Shown here: one piece after another, positions 51,592-60,796 of the stretch
Position numbering within the stretch: the first letter of the stretch is position 1
How the letters are laid out: each line of letters opens with the position of its first letter
Source of the DNA: Basidiobolus meristosporus CBS 931.73
Taxonomy: Eukaryota > Fungi > Basidiobolomycota
Direction: 5' to 3'
Assembly: GCA_002104905.1 (NCBI GenBank)
Contig: MCFE01000100.1
Span: forward strand, 108,447 to 172,446
DNA length: 64,000 bases
Translations under genes and position numbers: made by a program
The notes under the pieces: model-generated
Database searches by the model: none
Told to the model about the DNA's origin: nothing
Seen by the model: only the letters and a program-made list of their open reading frames with translations

Positions 51592-53346
51592 CTGATGCTT
51601 CAATCGTCTTTAACTTCCCTTCTTGCGTTATTGTCACACAGGATCAAGCAAATAAAATGGTGGCTGCCCATGGAATGCAACCACACCATCATGGCTGCCG
51701 ACAACACTACAGAACTTTCAAAGTCAGTGCCTCATCCCATATCCTCTCTGCCTGTCACCACCGGTGACAAGTATCCAGATAATGAAAAAATCCATCCCGA
51801 AAGAGGCTTCTACCACCGCTATCGTCTATGGTTTCATCTGCTTATGTTTGTGGCTATCACTAGCTTAATCATAGCTGCATGGGTGCTACATGGAAATGAA
51901 ACGTTGGTCCTTTCGTTGCTATGGGCTTTCATATCCTTGAAGCTTATGTTCTATCACGTGCCTACCAAAATTCTTTCAAAGCCATTGGGCTTGTTCTTCG
52001 GTGCCATCATAAAAGCAGTGTCAGCTATCCCCGCAAAAGCTCGGCCTATTTTGGGTGTTCTACTTTCCGTTGCGCTGATCATATCGGTTGCCCTGGCTCT
52101 TCCTACAATCGAGGGCCATAGTAGTCGTTTAGACCGGTTGCGATCACTATTGGGGCTTGTGGTATTCTTGGTAATACTGTATGCCACCTCTAATAATCGC
52201 AAGCTCATCCCTTGGAGAACAGTTGTAGTTGGCATCTTGTTGCAGTTCCTTCTTGGGCTGTTCATCCTTAAAACATCGGTTGGTTATGATATCTTCAGCT
52301 GGTTGTCAAACATGTGCTCTACTCTTCTTCAGTTCTCAGGAGCTGGTTTGGCCTTTGTGACTACCAATGAAATAGCCAGTATTCCCATCATTGTCTTCAC
52401 AGTATTACCAGCAGTGATTTTCTTCGCAGCTATCGTTCGCATAGTGTACTACTTGGGGGGTATGCAGTGGATTGTCCGAAAATTTGCCTGGCTAATGGTA
52501 AGACTAATGGGTACTAGTGGCGCGGAATCTGTTGTTGCTGCCGCTTCACCATTTGTCGGTATGGGAGAATCGTCTTTGCTCATTCTTCCGTTCTTGGAGA
52601 CGTTAACTCGTAGTGAGCTCCACTCAGCCATGACATCAGGGTTCGCTACTATTTCAGGCTCCGTGTTGGTAGCTTATATATCGATGAAGGTTGATGCCCA
52701 GACCCTAATCACTTCGTGTGTCATGTCTGTTCCTTGCGGCTTGGCCATTTCCAAGATGCGTTTCCCAGAAACCGGAGAGCCGGTTACCAAGGGTGCGGTG
52801 CGGATCCCTGATGGCGGGGGAGAGAAAGAAGCAAATTTCCTGCATGCTGCCTCCAATGGTGCTGCCCAGGGTATCCAATTGGCGCTGTTGATTCTTGCCA
52901 CTGTCCTGTCATTTATCTCTCTGTTGACTCTGGTCAATGCCTTCCTCACCTGGTTGGGAAATTTCCTGAACATCGATCATCTGACACTGGAGCTGGTTGT
53001 CGGTTATCTGTTCTATCCATTCATGTGGTTGGTAGGAATTCCTACAGTTAATATGCTGGCGATTGCCAGACTAATGGCCACAAAAATGTTTGTCAATGAA
53101 TTCGCTGCGTTCGCTCAGCTTTCGCAACTGGCTGCTTCAGGTGTGCTCACAGAAAGAGCCAACTCATTGGCCATCTACTGTTTGTGTGGATTTGCCAATT
53201 TTGGATCCATTGGGATTCAAATAGGTGCCCTAGGGGCCATGGCCCCAAGTCGCAAGAAAGATCTTGCTGAGCTTGCATTCTCAGCTATGTTGTGCGGCAC
53301 TATGTCAACATTAATGAGTGCTACTGTGGCTGGGATGTTGCTGTAG
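51592..53346 (+). CDS. Concentrative nucleoside transporter (CNT/SLC28/NupC family)
   Basis: IPWRTVVVGILLQFLLG, ESVVAAASPFVG, MTSGFATISGSVL, GFANFGSIGIQIG; intronless. The start codon is uncertain. Confidence 0.95.
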   Translation: MMLQSSLTSLLALLSHRIKQIKWWLPMECNHTIMAADNTTELSKSVPHPISSLPVTTGDKYPDNEKIHPERGFYHRYRLWFHLLMFVAITSLIIAAWVLHGNETLVLSLLWAFISLKLMFYHVPTKILSKPLGLFFGAIIKAVSAIPAKARPILGVLLSVALIISVALALPTIEGHSSRLDRLRSLLGLVVFLVILYATSNNRKLIPWRTVVVGILLQFLLGLFILKTSVGYDIFSWLSNMCSTLLQFSGAGLAFVTTNEIASIPIIVFTVLPAVIFFAAIVRIVYYLGGMQWIVRKFAWLMVRLMGTSGAESVVAAASPFVGMGESSLLILPFLETLTRSELHSAMTSGFATISGSVLVAYISMKVDAQTLITSCVMSVPCGLAISKMRFPETGEPVTKGAVRIPDGGGEKEANFLHAASNGAAQGIQLALLILATVLSFISLLTLVNAFLTWLGNFLNIDHLTLELVVGYLFYPFMWLVGIPTVNMLAIARLMATKMFVNEFAAFAQLSQLAASGVLTERANSLAIYCLCGFANFGSIGIQIGALGAMAPSRKKDLAELAFSAMLCGTMSTLMSATVAGMLL

Positions 53347-53399
53347 CTAAGAAAGAATTGGCATGCTTTCAAATATATTAAATGGCCAATGTACATTTT

Positions 53400-53620
53400 C
53401 TAATCTAGCTTAATAAACATAAGAAAATAATTACTGATATCTCTGCGATATAGTCTCATTAGGTAGCCATAGTAAATCTTCTTCCAGTCCTTCTCATCGT
53501 TATCAATGTAATCTGGGAAATCTGGGTGGAGAGTATTGTAAATCTCATCTGGGAAATCTGGGTGGAGAGTATTGTAAATCTCATGAATCCAAGGGAGGCG
53601 CGTCATGTTAAAGATGCCTA
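53400..53620 (-). pseudogene. Possible F-box-like gene remnant containing a 36-bp tandem duplication (53511..53584)
   Basis: The translation ends ...EIYNTLHPDFPD x2 ... DWKKIY, a motif common just after F-box domains. Only the duplication is certain. Confidence 0.25.
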
Positions 53621-54244
53621 TTTGGATGCTGGAAATGATCGCATGAGATGAATGTCGACCCACTTGTCCACCCTGCATATCAGACCCTAAGCTCGTTGGC
53701 CAAATCATCAACCACCATCTTAGGGCCGTTGGTAGCAAAGTACAGGAATGACTCGGGCAGGCTCATTTTCTGGCTGGAAAGTTTATCTACAATGCCTTGG
53801 ATGAGCTAAGTCTACTTTTGTACTTATCGTTGCCTAATCTTCTATTTGTACTTGCTCCTCACATGTTCATATAGTATTTATGTGTAAAACTACTCCCGTT
53901 CTCGCGATGGTCGCCAATATGAGGAGGAGGAGTATGATAATGAGTACGAAAGAGGTGTGTCTCGCAGAAATGTTCCTTAAAGCATCCTCGCTCTCGCTGT
54001 GGACGTCAGTACGACCAGGATGGCTATGATAACGAGTACCAAAGAGGAAGAGATGACCAGCGTTACTATCCCTATTCCCAATTTGGTCACTGGTGCGAGC
54101 AAGAAGATACTGAAAGAGGACTCGTAGGAAGGAACAGACAGCAGAACTACTCCCGCAAGAAATGAGTACCAAAGCTCTTCCCGTTGTATGGTTAGCGTGA
54201 TTCTTGGTAGGAATCATTTGAAATAGATTGCTTATTTGTCCAAA

Positions 54245-54378
54245 GACATTAATAAGGGGAACATGACATGGATTGATACTCATTGTAAAGTGAGTGTGTC
54301 GCATATGGTACTACTGGCAACGAGCCGTCAGGTACTTCATGAAGGTCAACTTAGGCTCTCCTGACTGCAGAATATAGT
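54245..54378 (-). mobile_element. Old diverged 3' fragment of the same LINE family as 56136-64000
   Basis: YILQSGEPKLTFMKYLT...HTHFTMSINPCHVPLINV aligns with YILQSEKPKLAYLKYLT...HTPFMMNINPYHIPLINV of the intact ORF2. It is cut at 54379 by a Copia LTR. Confidence 0.75.
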
Positions 54379-56135
54379 TGTTGTAAGAGTTTTGGAGATG
54401 TTGGAAGTGATTAGGAAGGTCTCAAGAGCATGTGCATAGAATTTGAAACTGTTTGGACTGTTGTAAAAAATTTGTAATTCCATCTAAATATTCACCTAAC
54501 TTAGTCACTTGGATCATTACCTACAAATCTTGGAGAATACTGTCCAAATTCCTTGTTGGGACTTACTTGGAATATTTTCACCATAACATTAGGTACCCAG
54601 AACATGTAAATCTGCTAAGTTGTCCAAACAGCCCCAAACTTTGCAAACATGTACTTGGGACATTCCTAAGCCTATACTACATGATTGTCTTACCAAGACC
54701 AGGTAAAGTATAAATACTTCTTTTACATTTAATAAAGCATTAAGTGAAAACCACATAATCCACTTGTTCAAGAAAGAGCAAAGGGCCTTAAACTGCATTT
54801 GCCTTAATGTTAAAGATAAATTGCTAATTCAATGCTCAAGAACAAAAACAACAAACAACACCTGGAAAGCATTGGAAGACACCTACCTGTCATGTTCTGC
54901 TGCTAAGAAAATGTATTTTGGACAAAAGTTCTCTACTACAAAGATGCTGTCAGGTGAAGAAATGAAAAATGGCAATTACATTATTACCCTGTTGGTTGAT
55001 GAGATAAGATCAGTGAGCATACCAACTATTGATGAAGATATAACAGTTACCATCCTGATTAGCCTAACAGACAGGTTTTAGAGCCTTGTGTCAACTCTTA
55101 GGGAGAGGCTGCATGCCAAGTAAGCCTCACAATCAGTGAAGGGAGTTACACAGTTACCTTCAAAGAAGTACACTATGTGCCAGAAATAGCTAAGCACTCA
55201 CTAACTGTAAGTAAGGCCACTGCAGAAGGACTCAGTTTCAGTTTTGTCAATTCGGGAGGCAGGATCACTGATCTAAACAATGCCCATATTGCTTTGGGCA
55301 TAGGAAATCAGAATCTATCTAAGCTGACTAATATTCCATCATATCTGGAGGCCGGTGTACTTAACCTAAACAAAGAAGCACCAATGCTTTGGCACAGAAG
55401 ATTTGGACATATCAATTTTGATTATTTGTGCTGAATAAGCAAAGATTGGCTAATTTCCAGAGTAAAAATTGATCCCCCAGCAGATTTGGAGCACTGTGAA
55501 GCCTGCATATATGGTAAGGAAGCCAGACAGCTGCTGAAGAGCTCTGGGTTGATCAAAACCAAGAGAGAACTTGATCTAAGTTGCTTGGATTTATGTGGAC
55601 CAATGCTACACCTTGTTGTAAGAGTCTTGGAGATATTGGAAGTGATTTGGGAGAACAAGTAGATTATGTGGTTTTCACTCAATGATTTATTGAATATAAA
55701 AGTAGTATTTATACTTTTACATGGTCTTGGCATAACATACACATAGAATAGGTTACAAAAGGTCCCAGAGCATGTGTGCAAAGTTTGGAGCTGTTTGGAC
55801 AACTTTGAGAATATTCATGTTCTGGGTACTAGGTATTTTGGTCAAAATATTCTGAGTAAATCCCAACAAGGAATTTGGTCAGTATTCTCTAGGATTTGAA
55901 GGTAATGATCCAAGTGACTAAGCTAGGTGAATATTCAGGTGGAATTACAAGTTTTTACAATACTCTCACTCAGCTAAATGCTTATATTGACTAGTCCTAA
56001 TTTTGACCTAAGATATTCAAACTTGTCTCTAGCTAATGGTTTGGTATATATGTCTGCAATCATTTCATCTGAAGGAGAGTAAACTAAGCTAACTAAGTTA
56101 TTCTCTATAGCTTCATGTGTGAAATGTTGTCTTAA
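54379..56135. mobile_element. Rearranged Copia-family pieces
   Basis: Partial LTR at 54379; opposite-orientation LTR ~54459..54765; plus-strand gag and pre-integrase fragments (54764..55081, 55177..55434) homologous to 10493..11989; full LTR 55614..55962 with PPT and the minus-strand RNase H end (55974..56130), cut by the LINE. Confidence 0.88.
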
Positions 56136-59100
56136 GGGGGGGGGGAGACAGTCACCAACAGGTGAAATCTTTATTTCAGTTAAAACAAAGAAGCCAGCGC
56201 AACTGTTGTAGCTTTGATACAAGAGTGTGTAGCTGAGGGGAATTTGTAGATAAGTTAATAAGAAGTGATGATAGTTCTTCAGTGCTCAAGACACTGTTCA
56301 GTGGGAAGGGGGTAGCAAGAGAGGTAAGAATGACTTGTGAACAACATTAATGAGGGGAATGTGATAAGGATTGATATTCATCATAAAGGGAGTGTGCTGC
56401 TGCAGATATTGCTGCCAAAGGTCTGTCAAGTACTTCAGGTAGGCCAGCTTGGGCTTTTCTGACTGCAGAATATAGTGAGCAAACTTCTTGACTTCAGGAT
56501 CTCCAAGTATAGTTCTCCAGCAGGAGCCAGGTGTTGTGTGGTGTGTTCTCTTCCAGGCCTTAATCAGTGGGTTGTTGCAGTTGTGAAATCTGAGGTATAA
56601 TCTGGTTCTAAGGTAGAGAAGTCTGATCTTATAGGGCATAAGCCCAAATGCACCAAGAATAGCATGTCTGTAGGGGCATTCAGGCAAATGAGGCACCAGG
56701 GAGGTAATGCACCATACTGCAAACTTGTCAAGCTTAGTGCAGTCTCTAGAAGTAAGAGAGAGAAGTGGTAAGCCAAATTCCAGGACAGGGAAGACAAACT
56801 GCTTGAGTAGAAGGAGGCAGCTGGGAGCTGAAGTTGTAGGAGGAGTAACAGCCAGTAGCTTGTGGAGTGCCTGTCTTGCCAGGATAATTCTCTTCTTCAG
56901 GTGTGCTCCAGAGTCTAGTCCAGTAGGAAGGAAAGGAAAACCAAGTTATGTAGCAGAAACCTGAGCAGGTAGAGTGGAGTTCTCCAAGTTGATGGGAGAG
57001 CCCAAAGGTACTGTCTTTGCAATGGAAAGCTGGAGATTATTCTTCTGCAGATACTGGTGGATGGTCTGGGAGTCTTGTTGCACATTGGAGGAGGATATTC
57101 TGATGTCATCAGCAAAGAGAGTAACCAGGCAGTCAGCTGAGAGTCTTGGGAAATCATTCAGGAAGATGGCAAACAGTATAGGACCAAGCACAGAGCCTTG
57201 AACCACTCCATTAGGAACTCAGAACACAGCTGATTGCTCACTTGGGTGCAGAATTCTTGCTTGTGGATCCAGAAACAGAGACCTGACAAGGAGGGTGAGA
57301 GAGGTACTGGAGAAGCATTGCAACTTGGACCAAAGCAGATTTCTGTCAACTGAATCAAAGGCCTTAGTAATATCAAACAGAACAGAGGGATACTTGCACT
57401 GGAGAGAGTGATCTTGGCTAAGTATGACTGCATATTCCAAGGAGAGGCCAGGAACAAAGCCAAACTGTGCAGGATGAAGCTTGAGGGAGTTAGAGTAGAG
57501 CTCCTGAGCAAGCAGAAGCTCAAACACCTTTCTGCAGGTGGGCAGCAGAGATATTGGCCTGTAGGAGCTAGGATCCAGGTGCTTTCCTTTACCCTTGTAC
57601 AGTGGCAGAACATTTGCAAAGGACCATTCCTCAGGATTAGAAAGCTGGGCTGAGCATTGCTGAAACAGTGGAAGCAGAAGTGCAGACATGGCCTTGGTAC
57701 TAGTCTTCAGAAGCTCATAAGAGATTGTGTCCACACCTGGAGCAGTAGAGTTGGGAAGCCTCTTGAGCACATTATGGATTCTCCTTTGATCAAGTGCAAG
57801 TGGAATGGGCAGAGTCTTGAAGTCAGGATGAAAGCCAGGAGTTGAGTACTGCTTTGTAGAGAAGAAGATGTTAGCCAGCTGTTGTGTTGAAGGTAACTTC
57901 CTGGAAGAGGGCCTTATTGCCCTGTAGAGTCTTGATACTGTTCTTGTTATAGAGTTGGAAGATTGCAGAGGCAAAGAACTCATAATATGATCCCAGAGCT
58001 GAGTATGCAGAGTGTGGTGAATTGCCTTGGAGTGGTGTATTGCTGTCAGGAGGAGTTTCTCTGTTTTTGGGTTAGGGAAACTCAGGTAGCTTTGTTGCAG
58101 GGCTGAAACAATGGATTCCCATTTTCTTGAGGTAACAGCAGTAGTCTTGCATGGCAGTGAGAGGGAGGCAGAGACCAGAATCAGATGCTTCACAAAGAGC
58201 CAGGCATAGTTGAGATCATCTGGCAGAGAAAGTAGCAAACTGGCAAGCTTCAAGTAGTTCCCAAAGTCTTTCTTCTGATTCTTGGTAGCTTTGTGGGTGA
58301 GCACAGTAAGTTTTGGCAGCTTCTTCTTCACAACTGGTTGCATAGAAAGGGACCAGGCTGGGTGGTCAGAGGCTCTCAAGGATCCTAGCTCAGCTCCAGA
58401 GAATTGCTTAACTTCATTCACAAAGTAGAGGGCAGCAGCAGAAGGGCAGATCCAGTCAACACATCTTTTCTCAGATTGAGCACCTAGTGCTAGCAGATGG
58501 CTTTCTCTCAGGAAGTTCAGTAGGAATGTAGACCTTGGCTTCATTCTTGCAGTCAGAGTAGTCTTGTTCTCAGGATGGGGAATGTTGAGATCTCCAAGCA
58601 AGATAATAGGTGTTGATATAGATCGCTGGTATTGCTGAACTTTCTGGCATATAACTTGCACTTCCTGAAGGGCAAGACTTGGAGGCAGATAGCAGAGCAC
58701 CAGACTGATAGTTGGCAACTGGAGAGCAGCACAGTAAGGGGAGTAAAGAGGAACACAGAGCTGAGGAGTATTGATGGTAGAAGAGATGAAGCAGATAGAG
58801 GAGGTATTCTTTGTTCTAGGAGTAGAAAAGCAATATAGATTAGTCAAAAGTATAGAGGGTAGCTGGACATCAATCAAACACAAGAGGGAAAATCTTGAAA
58901 GAAGTCTCTCTAGAGTTGGTCTTGATGGCTGTATGCTGTTGCAGTTAAGCAACAGAACTTCAGGTAGTCAGGCAGAGGTTGTAGCTTCTTCAGAGGCAGC
59001 ATTGACAATGTGACCTGCAGAGTCCCAGAGCTCTTGAAATGGTGCATCACTTAAGTCAGCAAGGAGGGAAATGGCATGATTCTTGAGGAAGTATGCCACA

Positions 59101-60733
59101 TCATAGAAGGGGGCTTGTCACTTGATGGCAGCAAAGAAAGACAGAATGGCAACATGGGCTGGAGGCTTGTTGAACAGTAGAGAGTCAGAGGATTCAGATT
59201 CTTCAGGCACTATCTTGAAGTCAGTTTTCAGCCAGTTAAGGTTCTTCTCCACAAAGGCAACAAATGGGTCAGCAATGTTTTGATCTAGGATAACCTCCAG
59301 AATCCTCCCGTTTCTCCAGGCCAGGTTGACAATTCTTGAGAGCTGAATATTGCATGCCTTGAGTGCTTTCCTGATGTTGGAAATGGGAGTCCAGGGAACT
59401 TGCTTCAAGTACACCACAGTCCAGGTAGAAGCTGGTGGTAGGTTTGTTGGGGGCTTGTAAGTCCTTCTGTGTTGCAATGGAGCTGCAGTAGTCAGATTGG
59501 AGTCCACATTCTAAGTAGAGGGTTTTCTTGATGTGTCTTGCTGAATGGTACTGGAACTGGATGTGCTGATAATTCCTGCTAGAACCTTGCCTGCATAAGT
59601 CTGAGGTATAGTTGAGGTGACTGTAGAGGTGGTGGCAGCTGGTGCAGGTGGAGAGGCAGAAACTGAAGCAGGAACTGAGGTCACCTGGGAGAAGGCAGTA
59701 GAAGCAGGTTTTCTGGGAGGAACAGAGTTCACTATCCAGTTGTTCTGTAAAACACTGGAGTAGCTTTTCTGTGGAACAGGATCTTGCTCTTGAACAGGAG
59801 CAGAAGCAGGAGGCTGGGGCTGAGCAGTAGTGGTAAGGCAGTGGCACTCCAAGGAAGCTTTTTGCAAGGCATCTCTGGCAGTTTTCAGGGCAGTATTGGC
59901 TTCATTCTTGAGCTTCTTGCATTGGGCATCCAGTCTCTTGTTTTCAATAGCCAGGGCAGTATTGGCAGCCTCTAAATCAGCAATTCTCTTCTCAATTGCA
60001 AGGAATCTCTGAAGAAATGCATCAGTAGAAGTGCTGGCATCTGGGAGAGCAGTGGCAGGAATAGACTCCATTGACAGTGGGCTTCTTGGAGGCAAGGAAA
60101 GTGGACTGGCAGATTCAGGCACAAAAGGAGATATCCTGGCAGGAGGAGAAGGAGTATCCAAGGCAGTAACAGAGGCAATTCTTGTTGGTGAAGCAGCAGC
60201 AGGGGAGGCAAGCCTGTTCAGAAACTGGGCAGGAGATGAGTGCTTGAGGAGAGGGAGTCTTCAGCTTGCCAAGCATGTCTTCCATCAGAGTGATACCAAT
60301 ATTCCTGGTGCATTTGCAGAGAAAAGTAAGCTTCCTGAGTCTGCCAGCTCTTCCATTCCTTCTGATAGTTCCTTTGTTTCCACAGTTGGGGCAAGAAATC
60401 TTCTTGACAGACTTGTCAAAGCAATCAAGAACCTTCCTTTCAGGTGTAGTAGGGCTCCTGTTGAGGTTTTGGTGGCATATCCAGAGTCTTCAGCTTCAAA
60501 TTTCAATTTTTGAGATTTTTGGGTGATTTTTGATGGGCAGGATCAAAATTAGGGTTAGGGTTGCGCGCTGTGACTGCTTTTTACGATCGCAAGGTCAGAA
60601 CCTAGGAAAAAATAAAAATAGTTAGTAAAGGTGATTTAATGGATGGATGGATGGATTCGGAGTCAGATTCAATCAAAAAATCAAATCGTTGACTAATTTA
60701 AGAGGTTAGAGTAAAGTGTGATTTATGATTAGG
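56136..60733 (-). mobile_element. APE-type non-LTR retrotransposon, copy 1 (4.6-kb unit, nonsense-mutated)
   Basis: ORF1 (coiled coil plus RRM-like, probable ATG 60071, internal stops at 59511 and 59118). ORF2 EN-RT is broken by TCA>TGA (57219) and TAT>TAA (56946). The 3' end is a G10 run on the plus strand, inserted in Copia pol. Confidence 0.93.
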
Positions 60734-60796
60734 TTAGGGGGGAGACAGTCACCAACAGGTGAAATCTTTATTTCAGTTGAAACAAAGAAGCCAGCG

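Noticed and set aside
58068-58080. GGGTTAGGG inside LINE ORF2 (also at ~62667 and ~2604)
   Set aside because: A single hexamer encoding FPNPK; incidental.
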